The notes: generated from the letters alone by a model not told the origin. 64,000 bases of DNA from Elusimicrobiota bacterium (GCA_003153935.1 PMCA01000011.1:67912-131911); one strand, 5' to 3'. Shown: positions 47,662-61,714, counted from the first letter of the stretch. Numbers and translations: made by a program.

Positions 47662-48777
47662 ATGAAGATCGTATGCTCCCAGGCAGATTTACTAAAAGGG
47701 GTTCAAAGCGTCCAAGCGATCATCTCATCACGAGCTAGTTTACCGGTATTATCAAATATTTTATTAGAAACCCAAAAAGATAAATTAAAATTAGCCGCCA
47801 CAGACCTTGAAGTTGGTATTAAAACGGAGATCCCCACAGAAATACTAAAAGAAGGCTCTATTACCATACCAGCCAAGATATTATTTGATATAGTAAGGGA
47901 ATTACCCAACCAGGATATACAGCTGGAAGTGACCAATGAATATAAGATCATACTATCCTGCGGCAAAATAATCTTTAAGATAATGGGCTTGCCAAAAGAC
48001 GAATTCCCTATTATTCCTGATTTTAAAGAGGATAATGCTTTCACTATTTCCGCCGGGTTGCTTAAAGAAATGATCCAAAAGACAATTTTTGCCATCTCTA
48101 ATGATGAAACCAGGTATATTTTAACCGGGGTCCTGGTACAAACCAGCAACGGCAATATGGAAATGATAGCTACGGATGGGCGCCGGTTATCCTATATTAA
48201 TGGTGGCAAACTGGATAAACAGGGTAAAAACAAACTGGATGTTATAGTGCCGTCTAAGGCCTTGCGTGAAGCCAGCCGCCTGATAGGGGAAAAGGAAACC
48301 GGGGATAAGGACCTGGTGAAAATAGAGCTTACGGAAAACCAGATCGCTTTAAAATTAGATTCTACCGTGTTGGTATCGCGCCTGGTGGAGGGGAAATTCC
48401 CCAATTATAAGCAGGTTATTCCCAAAGATCACAGCACCAGCGTGACCTTGGATACGGAAAAACTGTTAAATGCGGTGAAAAGAGTATCCCTGTTGTCTCC
48501 GGAAAAGGCGGAGTCGGTGAAACTGCAGTTTATCAAAGAGAAATTAATTATCTCTTCCATGGCCCAAGGATTAGGGGAGGCGCAAGAAGAACTCGAGATC
48601 GATTATAAGGGCGCGAACCTGGAAACAGCGTATAATCCCAAGTATTTAATGGATGTGCTCAAAGTTATCAAAGCCGGACAGATAGAAGTTGAGCTAAGCA
48701 ATGCCATGAGCCCCGGCGTGATCAAACCCAAGAGCGGGGAAGAGTACCTCTATGTCATAATGCCGATGCGGCTGTAG
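47662..48777 (+). CDS. dnaN: DNA polymerase III beta clamp
   Basis: LPVLSNILL, ATDLE, ATDGRRL, GKFPNY, VIMPMRL. Confidence 0.97.
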   Translation: MKIVCSQADLLKGVQSVQAIISSRASLPVLSNILLETQKDKLKLAATDLEVGIKTEIPTEILKEGSITIPAKILFDIVRELPNQDIQLEVTNEYKIILSCGKIIFKIMGLPKDEFPIIPDFKEDNAFTISAGLLKEMIQKTIFAISNDETRYILTGVLVQTSNGNMEMIATDGRRLSYINGGKLDKQGKNKLDVIVPSKALREASRLIGEKETGDKDLVKIELTENQIALKLDSTVLVSRLVEGKFPNYKQVIPKDHSTSVTLDTEKLLNAVKRVSLLSPEKAESVKLQFIKEKLIISSMAQGLGEAQEELEIDYKGANLETAYNPKYLMDVLKVIKAGQIEVELSNAMSPGVIKPKSGEEYLYVIMPMRL

Positions 48778-48779
48778 GT

Positions 48780-49881
48780 ATGTATTTAAAATCATTGGGG
48801 TTACAGAATATACGCAACTATGAAAAAATTGAATTAAACTTTGCTCCGGGGATCAATCTCTTTATCGGGCCTAACGGTTCCGGCAAGAGTAATTTACTGG
48901 AAGCTATATATTTTTTGCACACGGGACGCTCTATCCGGGTGATGAACGAGCAGGAGATCATTCGTTGGGGCGAAACTGAGGCCTATATCAGGGGAGAAGT
49001 GGATAATGGCAACGGCCTCCGGCGCGTAGGGATCGGGCTGAACTCAGACCGGGATAAAGAGATACAACTGGATAAAAAAAATCTCAACGGGCCGGGCGAA
49101 CTCAGGAATGCTGTCCCGGAAGTGCTGTTAACCAATAAAGACGGGGAACTGATAAGCGGCGAACCGGTACTGCGGCGAGCCTATTTAAATCAGTGCCTGT
49201 TGGCCATCGAGCCGGAATACAGCTATCAACTGCTAAAACTGAAAAAGATACTGATCTCCCGGAACGAGATCCTACGGCAGATAAGGGATGAGAGACAAAA
49301 ACAGGACACCCTGACAGTCTGGAACCAGAGTCTGGAGGAAGTTTCCGGATTCATCACAAAAAAACGCCGGGAAATAATACAGCGGCTTCAGGAAATAGCT
49401 AACGGGCTGTTGCAGAGACTTAATCCTGACAGCGTAAGAAATATAAAACTGGATTATAAGACTAATTGCCCGGAAGACCCGAAAGCCTGGGCCAACTTGT
49501 GGCTGATGATACAGGGCGAGGAAGTAAAACAGGCCCGCACATTGGTGGGGCCGCAGCGCGACGACGTGGAGATCGGGGTGGAAAAGGACAAGAAGAACGT
49601 GCACCTGCGGTTATTCGGGTCCCAGGGAGAACAAACCCTTACCGCCTATGTGCTAAAATTGAGCCAGGCAGAGATCATAAAAGAAGACAAGAAGCAGAAA
49701 CCGATAATCCTGGCCGATGATATCTTCGCGGAAATAGATGAAAACACTCAGCGCAAAGTGCTGAGTTATTTCCAGGAAACGGAGCAGGTGTTTTTGACTG
49801 CGACCGATCTGGACAGGATAAAGAACCTGCCGACGCCTAACCAGGTGTTCCGGGTCAGCGGCAATGAATGCGTGCGGGTCA

Positions 49882-49904
<23 letters not shown>
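48780..49904 (+). CDS. recF: DNA replication/repair protein RecF
   Basis: NIRNY, GPNGSGKSNLLEAI, GPQRDD, GSQGEQ, ADDIFAEID. Confidence 0.93.
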
Positions 49905-52693
<2,789 letters not shown>

Positions 52694-52723
52694 ATATTAT
52701 TAATTTCGAGGAGAAGAGATTAA

Positions 52724-55198
52724 ATGGCGGAAGCATTTAAGGAAAATATCGTACCCCGTAATATAGAAGAGGAGATGAAATCCTCCTACATAGATTATTC
52801 CATGAGCGTGATCGTCGGACGCGCCCTCCCGGACGTGCGGGACGGTTTAAAGCCGGTCCATCGGCGCATTTTATACGCCATGAAAGAATTGGGGCTGGTC
52901 CATAATAAGGCCTACCGCAAAAGCGCTACGGTCGTCGGTGACGTGCTCGGTAAATATCACCCGCACGGGGATATGGCGGTCTATGATTCGATCGTACGCA
53001 TGGCCCAGGATTTTTCGCTGCGCTATCCTTTAATAGATGGGCAAGGGAATTTTGGATCCATCGACGGTGATCCGGCGGCGGCTTACAGATATACGGAAGT
53101 TCGTATGGCCGCGCTGGCGGAAGAATTACTGAAGGATATTGATAAGAATACGGTGGATTTCGCGCCGACCTTTGACAACTATAGGGAAGAACCACTGGTA
53201 TTGCCGGCGGCTTTCCCCAATCTGCTGGTCAACGGCTCCAGCGGTATCGCAGTGGGCATGGCCACGAATATCCCGCCGCATAATTTAGGCGAAGTGATCG
53301 ATGCGATCATTTGCCTGATCGAAACTCCGGAAGCGGATATAAAAGAATTGATGAAGTATATTAAAGGGCCTGATTTCCCGACTGCGGCCACTATCCGCGG
53401 TAAAGGAGGTATCCGGGACGCTTATATGACCGGGCGCGGCTCGGTTATGTTGCAGGCTGTGGTGGAGACCGAGGACATAGGTAACGGTAAAGAAGCTATT
53501 ATTGTTAAGGAGCTGCCGTACCAGGTAAACAAAGCCACTTTGCTCGAAACTATCGCCGACCTGGTCAAGGACAAGAAGATCGAGGGCATTTCCGATCTGC
53601 GCGATGAATCTGACCGCGAAGGCATCAGGGTAGTTATTGAGCTGAAACGCGATGCCAACACCGAACTTATCCTGAACCAGCTCTTCAAGCATACCCAGTT
53701 ACAAACTTCATTCGGCATCATCATGCTGGCCCTGGTCAATAACCGGCCGCGTGTACTTAACCTTAAAGAGATGCTGGTTTATTACCTGCGCCACCGGCAG
53801 GAAGTAACGATACGGCGCACCAAGTTCGATTTGGCAAAAGCCGAGGCACGGGCGCATATTTTGGAAGGCTTGAAGATCGCCGTTGACAATATTAATAAAG
53901 TAGTCAAGATCATAAAAGAATCTAAGGACGTGGATGAGGCGCGGGAAGGGCTGATGACTACTTTTGGCTTATCCAAGATACAGGCCCAGGCTATTCTGGA
54001 CATGCGCCTGCAACAGCTGACCGGACTGGAACTGGAAAAACTGGAACGTGAATACCTGGAATTATTAAAAACCATCGAACGGCTGAAAGCTATTCTGGCC
54101 GATCCTAAAAAAGTGCTGGCGTTGATAAAGGAAGAATTGCTGCAGATCAAGGAAAAATATGACGACAAGCGCCGGACCAAGATCATCGCCCAGGAAGCGG
54201 AAGATCTTTCCATGGAGGACTTGATCGAAGAGGAATCCGTGGCTGTGACCATCTCGCACGCCGGCTACGTTAAGCGTATACCGGCCTCCACTTACCACGC
54301 CCAGAATCGCGGCGGTAAAGGCGTAACCGGGGTCACTACGCGCGAGGATGATTTCATCGAGGACGTGTTTGTCACCTCCACGCACGATTATATGCTGCTC
54401 TTCAGCAATATCGGGAGGGTTTATTGGATAAAGGTATATGAGATCCCGGAGGGCGGACGCGTGGCCAAAGGCAAGGCCATAGTCAATTTGGTCAAGCTAT
54501 CCAAGCCCGATGAAATGGTGACCGCGGCTATTACCATTCATGATTTCAACAAGGAGAACGTTTTCCTGATGATGATAACCAAGCAAGGGACGGTAAAAAA
54601 GACACCCTTGAGCGAATACAGCAATCCACGGGCCGGAGGCATTATCGCCATTAATCTGGAAGACAGCGATGAACTGATGGGCGTTAAAATGACTGACGGC
54701 TCTCAGGAGATAATTATCGGCACGCGCGACGGGCTGGCCATCCATTTCAAAGAAGAAGAAGTCAGGCCGATCGGCCGGGTGGGTAAGGGAGTGCGGGGTA
54801 TAGAACTGCGCAAAGAAGACCAGGTCGTCGGCATGGAAGTGGTGAAAAAAGAAGAGATCATCCTGGTAGCAACGGAAAATGGCTACGGCAAAAAAACCAA
54901 GGTTAAGGAATACCGGATACAAAGCCGCGGCGGCAAGGGCGTGATCAATATTAAAGCTAACGAGCGTAACGGCAGGGTTATCAGCATTAAGAGGGTTTCC
55001 GATAACGACGATATCATGGTCATCACCCAAAAGGGTGTCGTGAACCGTCAGCCGGTAAAGGCTATCTCCACGATGGGTCGTAATACTCAAGGGGTAAGGC
55101 TCATTAAATTGCAGGAGGGGGACAGGCTGGTATCCGTAGCCAGAATGATACACGAGTCGGAAGTGCCTAAGGACGAACAGGATGATAAAAAAGTTTGA
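52724..55198 (+). CDS. gyrA: DNA gyrase subunit A
   Basis: [30 protein letters not shown], GyrA-box QNRGGKG. Confidence 0.98.
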   Translation: MAEAFKENIVPRNIEEEMKSSYIDYSMSVIVGRALPDVRDGLKPVHRRILYAMKELGLVHNKAYRKSATVVGDVLGKYHPHGDMAVYDSIVRMAQDFSLRYPLIDGQGNFGSIDGDPAAAYRYTEVRMAALAEELLKDIDKNTVDFAPTFDNYREEPLVLPAAFPNLLVNGSSGIAVGMATNIPPHNLGEVIDAIICLIETPEADIKELMKYIKGPDFPTAATIRGKGGIRDAYMTGRGSVMLQAVVETEDIGNGKEAIIVKELPYQVNKATLLETIADLVKDKKIEGISDLRDESDREGIRVVIELKRDANTELILNQLFKHTQLQTSFGIIMLALVNNRPRVLNLKEMLVYYLRHRQEVTIRRTKFDLAKAEARAHILEGLKIAVDNINKVVKIIKESKDVDEAREGLMTTFGLSKIQAQAILDMRLQQLTGLELEKLEREYLELLKTIERLKAILADPKKVLALIKEELLQIKEKYDDKRRTKIIAQEAEDLSMEDLIEEESVAVTISHAGYVKRIPASTYHAQNRGGKGVTGVTTREDDFIEDVFVTSTHDYMLLFSNIGRVYWIKVYEIPEGGRVAKGKAIVNLVKLSKPDEMVTAAITIHDFNKENVFLMMITKQGTVKKTPLSEYSNPRAGGIIAINLEDSDELMGVKMTDGSQEIIIGTRDGLAIHFKEEEVRPIGRVGKGVRGIELRKEDQVVGMEVVKKEEIILVATENGYGKKTKVKEYRIQSRGGKGVINIKANERNGRVISIKRVSDNDDIMVITQKGVVNRQPVKAISTMGRNTQGVRLIKLQEGDRLVSVARMIHESEVPKDEQDDKKV

Positions 55199-55625
55199 GC
55201 CGATCGACCAATACAGCGATTCCGAGCTGGGCCTGATAGTTAACGGTGATGACCTGCAGCAGCTGTATTACCATGCGACCATCGGGATGCTGAAGATGAT
55301 CTCCGATACCAACAAGGTCAGAGAGTTGACCAAGGTTAAGATCCAGGCCCAGGGCTCCAGCAAAGAAGAAACCCTGGTTAATTTCCTGAACGCGGTCCTG
55401 AACCAGGTCAATAATAATGATATGCAATTCGCCGCGGTTATGATAACCTACGCCGATTTGAACAGCATCGAAGCGGAGTTAAAGGGCGAAGAATATAACC
55501 GTAATAAACACGATAAAAAAGGAACTATTAAAAGAGTGATCTTTCGCGATGTAACCATTAAAAAAACCGCCCAGGAAGTCAACGGACCGCTGGTATGGCA
55601 CACCGAATTACATTTCGCAGTATAA
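55182..55625 (+). CDS. Archease-family protein (divergent)
   Basis: Length and pattern FEPID...LGLIVNG..L..L....A...EETLVNFLN...AELKGE...IKRV match archease, but conserved motifs are altered. Confidence 0.65.
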   Translation: MIKKFEPIDQYSDSELGLIVNGDDLQQLYYHATIGMLKMISDTNKVRELTKVKIQAQGSSKEETLVNFLNAVLNQVNNNDMQFAAVMITYADLNSIEAELKGEEYNRNKHDKKGTIKRVIFRDVTIKKTAQEVNGPLVWHTELHFAV

Positions 55626-55638
55626 AGAGGGCAAGACC

Positions 55639-56913
55639 ATGTTAGATATTAAGAAGATCAGAGAAAACGCTGCACAGATGGAAGAAAGATTGACCAAGCG
55701 CGACCCCAGGATCAACCTGAAACAATTACAGACCAAAGATACGAAGCGTAAAGCGCTCCTGCTGCAGGTGGAGGAATTAAAAGCTAGGCGTAATAAGGCC
55801 AGCGATGAGATCGCGGTCCTGAAAAAAGATAAAAAAGACGCTTCCGCCCTGATCCAGGATATGCAGACAGTATCCGCCCAGATAAAAGCCCTGGACCCTG
55901 AATTAAAAACGCTGGAAGAGGAAATCGATGCAGAACTATTAAACATCCCTAATACCCCGGATGATACTGTGCCCGTCGGGAAAGACGAAAAGGATAATAA
56001 GATTATCCGGGAATGGGGGAAAAAACGGATTTTTGATTTCACCCCCCGGGATCATACGGATGTCGGCGAAATCTTGGGGATATTGGATTTTAAAACCGCG
56101 GCCAAGATCAGCGGCGCCAGGTTTGCTTTGCTTAAGGGGCCAGGGGCGATGCTGGAAAGGGCGATCATTTCATTCTTTTTAGAAACCCATATTCAAAAAC
56201 ACGGCTACCAGGAAGTCTGGGTCCCGTTCCTGGTTAATCCGCAAAGCATGCAAGGGACTGGACAATTACCTAAATTTGAGGCAGAGTTATTTAAGTGCCG
56301 TGACGATGAATACTACCTGATCCCCACTGCGGAGGTCCCAGTGACCAATATCCACCGCGATGAGATCATGGCTGAGGCGGACTTGCCCCGGAAATATGTT
56401 TGTTATACAGCTTGCTTCCGGAGAGAATCCGGCTCATACGGTAAGGATACCAGGGGGCTGATACGCAATCACCAGTTCAATAAAGTGGAGTTGGTAAAAT
56501 TCGTAAAACCGGAAGAATCGTTTAAGGAATTAGAGGTACTGACCGGAGACGCCGAAGAGGTTCTGCAATTGCTGGGGTTGCCCTACCGGGTGGTGGCCTT
56601 ATGCACAGGGGACCTGGGTTTTTCCAGCGCCAAAACATACGACCTGGAAGTCTGGATGCCGGGCGAGAACCGGTACCGGGAAATATCTTCCTGCAGCAAC
56701 TTTACCGATTACCAGGCGCGCCGGATGAACATAAAATATCGCGGCCAGGATAAGGGTATTAACTTTGTCCACACCTTGAATGGTTCTGGCGTCGCGGTGG
56801 GCCGGACGTTTGCGGCTATATTGGAGAATTACCAGCAAAAAGACGGTAGCCTGGATATCCCGGCGGCTCTGCAAAAATATATGAACGGCCTGATGGCGAT
56901 CAGCAAATTATAA
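55639..56913 (+). CDS. serS: Serine--tRNA ligase
   Basis: [55 protein letters not shown]. Confidence 0.98.
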   Translation: MLDIKKIRENAAQMEERLTKRDPRINLKQLQTKDTKRKALLLQVEELKARRNKASDEIAVLKKDKKDASALIQDMQTVSAQIKALDPELKTLEEEIDAELLNIPNTPDDTVPVGKDEKDNKIIREWGKKRIFDFTPRDHTDVGEILGILDFKTAAKISGARFALLKGPGAMLERAIISFFLETHIQKHGYQEVWVPFLVNPQSMQGTGQLPKFEAELFKCRDDEYYLIPTAEVPVTNIHRDEIMAEADLPRKYVCYTACFRRESGSYGKDTRGLIRNHQFNKVELVKFVKPEESFKELEVLTGDAEEVLQLLGLPYRVVALCTGDLGFSSAKTYDLEVWMPGENRYREISSCSNFTDYQARRMNIKYRGQDKGINFVHTLNGSGVAVGRTFAAILENYQQKDGSLDIPAALQKYMNGLMAISKL

Positions 56914-56923
56914 GAGGTGACCT

Positions 56924-57229
56924 ATGCCAATAGCCAAGATCAAAGACTGGGAACTGAACACCAAGGCCAACGCGGAGTTTGTTAAAAAATCTATTGATAC
57001 GCAACACTTGAAAATAGGCACCACTAACGGTATTGTACAGGTAGCCGGGGAAATAGTATTTACCGGCGCGAAGATTGACGCCAGTATAGACGCGGAAGTT
57101 ATCAATGTGCTAAAATCGGTGGACCGTATGATCAAGACGATCAACGGGGTAAAGGATGTTAAATACTCGTTAACTAACTGGCAGAAAACCGGCGGCAACT
57201 GGGGCCGTCGCGCCAAAGAAGTAGGCTGA
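56924..57229 (+). CDS. Small hypothetical protein, BON-domain-like
   Basis: SD GAGGTG; NGIVQVAG...INGVKDV pattern. Confidence 0.55.
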   Translation: MPIAKIKDWELNTKANAEFVKKSIDTQHLKIGTTNGIVQVAGEIVFTGAKIDASIDAEVINVLKSVDRMIKTINGVKDVKYSLTNWQKTGGNWGRRAKEVG

Positions 57230-57234
57230 TAATT

Positions 57235-57313
57235 GGAGGCGTCGCATAGCGGTTGAACCGGTCTTGCCTGTCCCCCTGTCCTGAAACCGTAGGTTTCAAG
57301 GGGGGAAAACCGG
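57235..57313 (+). pseudogene. tRNA-Ser(TGA) 5-prime half interrupted in the anticodon
   Basis: GGAGGCGTCGCATAGCGGTTGA ACCGGT CTTG [39 bp] AAA ACCGG; 4-nt D-arm deletion; 3-prime half absent. Confidence 0.85.
57267..57305 (+). mobile_element. 39-bp hairpin insertion element, copy C
   Basis: CCTGT CCCCCT GTCC TGAAACC GTA GGTTTCA AGGGGG G. Confidence 0.75.
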
Positions 57314-57321
57314 AAAGCAAT

Positions 57322-57408
57322 GGAGGGGTGACCGAGTGGTTTAAGGTGCTGGTCTTGAAAACCAGTGTGGGCTAACGCTCACCGGGGGTTCAAATCCCTC
57401 CCCCTCCG
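57322..57408 (+). tRNA. tRNA-Ser(TGA)
   Basis: GGAGGGGTGACCGAGTGG...CTGGT CT TGA AA ACCAG, variable arm, GTTCAAATCC. Confidence 0.95.
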
Positions 57409-57453
57409 ATTAAAACAAAAACATAATAGTAATGATTTTTTAACCGATAATTT

Positions 57454-57544
57454 GGAGAGGTGGCCGAGTGGTTGAAGGCAGCCGCCTGCTAAGCGGTTGT
57501 ACGGGTGAAAACCTGTACCCTGGGTTCGAATCCCAGCCTCTCCG
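57454..57544 (+). tRNA. tRNA-Ser(GCT)
   Basis: GGAGAGGTGGCCGAGTGG...GCCGC CT GCT AA GCGGT, variable arm, GTTCGAATCC. Confidence 0.96.
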
Positions 57545-57581
57545 TTTTAATTTTTAATCCACCCGAACATAGGGAGCCGGA

Positions 57582-57950
57582 ATGCCGGATTATTCCAGAG
57601 TAATGTTCATACGCCATAAGGGCAAAGAGATCTTGCAGCTGGACTTTTCCAAGTGCAAGTATGAAGAATTCCTGGTAGAAGTGGAAAAAGCCAGGGGTAT
57701 TGTAACTGAGCAGGCGCCTAAGTCCCTGTTGATCCTTAAGATCGTGCAGGATTTCAATTTTAATAAGGAAATTACCAGGTCAATGAAGGAGTTCGCCACC
57801 CATAACCTGCCTTTCGTAAAAGCCGCCGCGGTGGTGGGAGTTACGGGACTGAAAAAGATCATTTATGACGCTATTGAACGATTAACCGGCAGCGAATTCA
57901 GGTATTTTAACGATGTAGATACGGCTAAAGACTGGTTGGCCGAACAATAA
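57582..57950 (+). CDS. Hypothetical protein, SpoIIAA/STAS-SEC14-like fold
   Basis: HKGKEILQLDFS...AAAVVGVTGLKKII...FNDVDTAKDWL; paralog of next gene. Confidence 0.7.
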   Translation: MPDYSRVMFIRHKGKEILQLDFSKCKYEEFLVEVEKARGIVTEQAPKSLLILKIVQDFNFNKEITRSMKEFATHNLPFVKAAAVVGVTGLKKIIYDAIERLTGSEFRYFNDVDTAKDWLAEQ

Positions 57951-57961
57951 AGGGGTGGATA

Positions 57962-58324
57962 ATGGATAAAATAAATTATATCGATTATAAAGGCAAAACC
58001 ATATTATATATTAATTTCTCCAAATGCCATCCGCGGGATATTCAGCCGATAATAGAAGAGGCTAAAAAAGTGGCGGCGCATCAATCTCCGGGCACAGTTC
58101 TTACTCTGACCAATGTCGCGGATATGATGTTCGACAAAAAGACCAATGACAAAATGAAAGACTTGGCTACGCATAACCATCTTTTTACCAAGGCGGAAGC
58201 GGTGATCGGGGCGACCGGGGTATTAAAGGTCATCTTTGACGCCATCGTCCTGTCAGGCAAGGGCAAGGTTAAGCTGTTTGACGATATGTTGTCTGCCAAA
58301 GAATGGCTGGCCGGGCAGAAATAG
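57962..58324 (+). CDS. Hypothetical protein, tandem paralog of upstream gene
   Basis: YKGKTILYINFS...AEAVIGATGVLKVI...FDDMLSAKEWL. Confidence 0.7.
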   Translation: MDKINYIDYKGKTILYINFSKCHPRDIQPIIEEAKKVAAHQSPGTVLTLTNVADMMFDKKTNDKMKDLATHNHLFTKAEAVIGATGVLKVIFDAIVLSGKGKVKLFDDMLSAKEWLAGQK

Positions 58325-58336
58325 GTTTTGTTATAC

Positions 58337-58409
<73 letters not shown>

Positions 58410-58447
58410 TATTTTTCCTCAAAGATGCGGCCAATAGAGGTATTTCC

Positions 58448-59068
58448 ATGGGTACTACTGATAACGTCAAAGAGAAGCAGTTCAGATTTCTTTACCGGTT
58501 GTACCAGTTAAGCGAAGGCGATGAAAACCATCCGGTAGAGGTCGGTAAGATCCGCGAAGAGATCGGCGCAAGCAATACCTTTGCCAAAGATATAATCGAC
58601 TATCTGGAAACAGAGGGCTTGCTAAATTTCCAACCCGGCAGTGACACGGTCAGCATTACTCCCGGCGGCGATGACGAGATCGAAAACGCTTTGATCAATT
58701 CCGACAAAGCCACCGCTCATTTCCCTCCCATGGATAAAATTTATACCACCAGGAAAATGGAAATGGATATGTCCGCCGCCAGCATTTCAGATCTGCAGCT
58801 GGTCACCATCGGCAGTAATAAGCACCGTGAACTTAAAGAAGTGATCGGCCTACTGAAAGAGGCCGCGGATCAACTGGGTCTCGACACCCAACAGAATAAT
58901 ACCCTGCAGGTAGAGATAAACACCATCGAAGGACAACTGCTTTCTTCCAAGCCCAAAGCCAACCTGATTCCCAAAAGCCTGGACTCAATCAGGAGAATTT
59001 TGGAAGGCAGTTCAGGCAATCCCCTGGGCAGCAGCATCCTGACCAAGATCATGTCCATTATAAGTTAA
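58448..59068 (+). CDS. Hypothetical protein, N-terminal winged helix + C-terminal helical domain
   Basis: FLYRLYQLS...IIDYLETEGLL...SITPGG; start moved to ATG 58448 (SD AGAGG) after the tRNA. Confidence 0.7.
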   Translation: MGTTDNVKEKQFRFLYRLYQLSEGDENHPVEVGKIREEIGASNTFAKDIIDYLETEGLLNFQPGSDTVSITPGGDDEIENALINSDKATAHFPPMDKIYTTRKMEMDMSAASISDLQLVTIGSNKHRELKEVIGLLKEAADQLGLDTQQNNTLQVEINTIEGQLLSSKPKANLIPKSLDSIRRILEGSSGNPLGSSILTKIMSIIS

Positions 59069-59084
59069 CCCCAAAGGAGAAATA

Positions 59085-60779
59085 GTGGCATATTTAGTCT
59101 TAGCGAGAAAATACCGGCCGCAAAATTTTGCCGAGGTTATCGGACAGGAGCCGGTGGTCCAAACCCTGCAAAACGCCATTACCAGCGGCAAGATCGGGCA
59201 TGCTTATTTATTCAGCGGCCCGCGCGGCGTCGGTAAAACTACGGTTGCCAGGATATTTGCTAAAGCGGTTAACTGCGATAAGGGACCCAGCGCCGAACCA
59301 TGCGGCAAGTGCAGTATCTGCGCGGAGATCGCAGCTGGCACCGCTTTGGATGTATTGGAGATTGACGGCGCTTCCAACCGCGGCATTGAGGAAATACGGA
59401 CTCTGCGGGAAAATGTGAAATTTGCCCCGGCCTACGCCCGTTATAAAATATATATTATAGATGAAGTTCACCAGGTGACCGATGCCGGGTTTAACGCCCT
59501 GTTAAAGACCTTGGAAGAGCCGCCGGAGCAGGTTATTTTTATCTTCGCTACTACTGAACCGCAAAAGATCCCGGAGACTATTCTATCCCGCTGCCAGAGA
59601 TATAATTTCCGCTTGATCACGATAGAACAGATTGAAAAACAATTAAGCGCGATCACCAAAAAAGAGAAGATCGATATCTCCCGGGAGGCCTTGCTGCTGG
59701 TCAGCCAGGCCGCTGAAGGCAGCATGCGCGACGCCCAGAGTATTCTGGACCAGGTTATATCCTTTATCGGCCCCGGCCAAAAGATAGACGAAGCCAAGGT
59801 CCGGTCCATTCTCGGCTTTACCGGTCAGGGGCTGCTGTTGAAATTTGGCCAGGCTATTTTAGCTAACCAGCCGCAGGAAACGCTGGACCTGGTTAAGGAA
59901 GCGCAGGCCTCGGGTTTGAACCTGCACCAGTTAACCAAAGACCTGGTGGAACATTTTCGCAACTTGTTGATAGCCAAGATAAGTTCGACGCCGCAGGAAT
60001 TGATCAACCTGTCGCAGGGATCCATCAAGGCGCTTAAAGACCAGGCCGCTAACAGCAGAGAAGACGCTTTGTTGAATTATATTGAAAAAGCCAGTGATTT
60101 GGAGAACCAGATGAAATACACCGATCAACCGCAGATAGTGCTGGAGATCGGATTAGTAAAGCTGTCCCAACCGTACTTATCCGTCGATGAAATCCTGCAG
60201 CGGTTAGAAACCTTGGAGCAAAAACTGTCCGGCACCCCGATTCGATCCGGTCCGGACAGCGCTCCTGCCCCGGGGGTTAGTCCCGGACGGAAAATTATAG
60301 AGAATGACCGCGGGCTTAAGGTTGACTCCAGCCTGCCCTTGGCCAAGCAATGGAAGGTGATATTGGAGGAAACAGGGAAGCAAAAACCGGTATTAGCGGT
60401 ATCATTACAGGAGGCCAGGCCCTCTAACCTGCAAGGGAATATATTAACGCTGGAGTTCGGACAACAGGCTAAGTTCCAGAAGAGCACCCTGGAGAGAGCG
60501 GAGAACTTGAAGCTGGCGGAGGAGATAGCCAGCCGGGTTTTTAACGCCAAGATCAGGATAAAAAGCGTGTTTGGCACAGGGATGGAAGAGATCCCGGCAG
60601 CGCTGGAAGAAGGCATAGAGATAGAAGAAACGGAAGTGATATTGCCTAACGGCGACGACCTGAAACAGGTTGCAACCGGGCCAACCACAGCGGCCAATGA
60701 CCCAATGGTACAGAAAGTCCTGGATATTTTTGAGGGCGAGATAATGCCAAAAACAAAAGACCAAGGGAGGAACGCGTAA
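59085..60779 (+). CDS. dnaX: DNA polymerase III subunit gamma/tau
   Basis: YLVLARKYRPQNF, GPRGVGKTT, CGKCSIC, EIDGASN, IIDEVH, TILSRC. Confidence 0.97.
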   Translation: MAYLVLARKYRPQNFAEVIGQEPVVQTLQNAITSGKIGHAYLFSGPRGVGKTTVARIFAKAVNCDKGPSAEPCGKCSICAEIAAGTALDVLEIDGASNRGIEEIRTLRENVKFAPAYARYKIYIIDEVHQVTDAGFNALLKTLEEPPEQVIFIFATTEPQKIPETILSRCQRYNFRLITIEQIEKQLSAITKKEKIDISREALLLVSQAAEGSMRDAQSILDQVISFIGPGQKIDEAKVRSILGFTGQGLLLKFGQAILANQPQETLDLVKEAQASGLNLHQLTKDLVEHFRNLLIAKISSTPQELINLSQGSIKALKDQAANSREDALLNYIEKASDLENQMKYTDQPQIVLEIGLVKLSQPYLSVDEILQRLETLEQKLSGTPIRSGPDSAPAPGVSPGRKIIENDRGLKVDSSLPLAKQWKVILEETGKQKPVLAVSLQEARPSNLQGNILTLEFGQQAKFQKSTLERAENLKLAEEIASRVFNAKIRIKSVFGTGMEEIPAALEEGIEIEETEVILPNGDDLKQVATGPTTAANDPMVQKVLDIFEGEIMPKTKDQGRNA

Positions 60780-60780
60780 A

Positions 60781-61083
60781 GTGGACATGTTCAAACTTTT
60801 AAAGCAAGCTAAAGAAATGCAATCACAGATGAAGAAAATGCAGGACGAATTAAAAGACAAAACTGTCGAAGCGGATTATCAGGGCGTAAAAGTAGTCATG
60901 AACGGGAAATTGGAAGTGCTTTCCCTGAAGATTGATCCTGCTGTGCTAGCCGGCAACCAGGCGGATAAGGTAGAAAGAATTGTCTTAAGAGCGGTTAATG
61001 ACGCGATCGGGAAAACCCAGGCCTTGATGGCCGGTGAAATGAAAAAAATATCCGGCGGGATGAATATACCGGGATTAACCTAG
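60781..61083 (+). CDS. ybaB: Nucleoid-associated protein YbaB/EbfC
   Basis: KQAKEMQSQM, VKVVMNG, AVNDA; lies between dnaX and recR. Confidence 0.92.
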   Translation: MDMFKLLKQAKEMQSQMKKMQDELKDKTVEADYQGVKVVMNGKLEVLSLKIDPAVLAGNQADKVERIVLRAVNDAIGKTQALMAGEMKKISGGMNIPGLT

Positions 61084-61093
61084 GATAAAATAG

Positions 61094-61693
61094 ATGGTTT
61101 ACCAGATACAGAGCTTGCAAAAGTTAGTGGACGCCTTGCACCGTTTGCCGGGGATAGGCCCGAAATCGGCGGAGAGGCTGGCCTATTATATATTGAAAAC
61201 AAATAAAGAAGAGGTAATAGACCTGGCGGAGGCGATCAAGCTGGCCAAAGAGAGCATTAGGTATTGCTCGATTTGCAGTAATGTGACTGATTTCGACCCT
61301 TGCTCCATTTGCGCTAATGAGAACCGCGACCATACCCAGATCTGCGTAGTGGAAGAACCCTTTGACGTTATCGCCCTGGAGAAGACCAAGGGTTTTAAGG
61401 GCGTATATCACGTTCTATTAGGAGTGCTTTCGCCGATCGAAGGTATCGGGCCGGACGACCTAAAAATAAAGGAATTGTTGGCGCGCATAGAAAAGGACAA
61501 GGTCACAGAAGTTATCATCGCTACCAATCCTAACGTTGAGGGTGAGGCTACGGCCATGTACCTGTCGAGGCTGATCAAACCCCTGGGGGTAAAGGCCGCC
61601 CGTATTGCTTATGGCTTACCAATCGGCTCCAGTCTCGAATTCGCTGACGAAGTGACCTTAGGTAAAGCACTGGAAGGAAGAAAAGAAATTTAG
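61094..61693 (+). CDS. recR: Recombination protein RecR
   Basis: LPGIGPKSAERLA, CSICSN..CSIC, ATNPNVEGEATA. Confidence 0.97.
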   Translation: MVYQIQSLQKLVDALHRLPGIGPKSAERLAYYILKTNKEEVIDLAEAIKLAKESIRYCSICSNVTDFDPCSICANENRDHTQICVVEEPFDVIALEKTKGFKGVYHVLLGVLSPIEGIGPDDLKIKELLARIEKDKVTEVIIATNPNVEGEATAMYLSRLIKPLGVKAARIAYGLPIGSSLEFADEVTLGKALEGRKEI

Positions 61694-61714
61694 CGTTTTG
61701 GATAAGAGGTTGTT

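Noticed and set aside
57322..57408. Possible selenocysteine or suppressor tRNA
   Set aside because: Anticodon TGA reads UCA (Ser); tRNA-Sec would have TCA and an 8-bp acceptor stem
59069..59084. SRP RNA (ffs) expected upstream of dnaX
   Set aside because: Gap is only 16 bp and no SRP domain IV motif was seen nearby
59656..59664. AAAAAAG slippery site in dnaX
   Set aside because: Lies inside the ATPase region, far upstream of where a gamma-producing frameshift would occur; no supporting hairpin noticed
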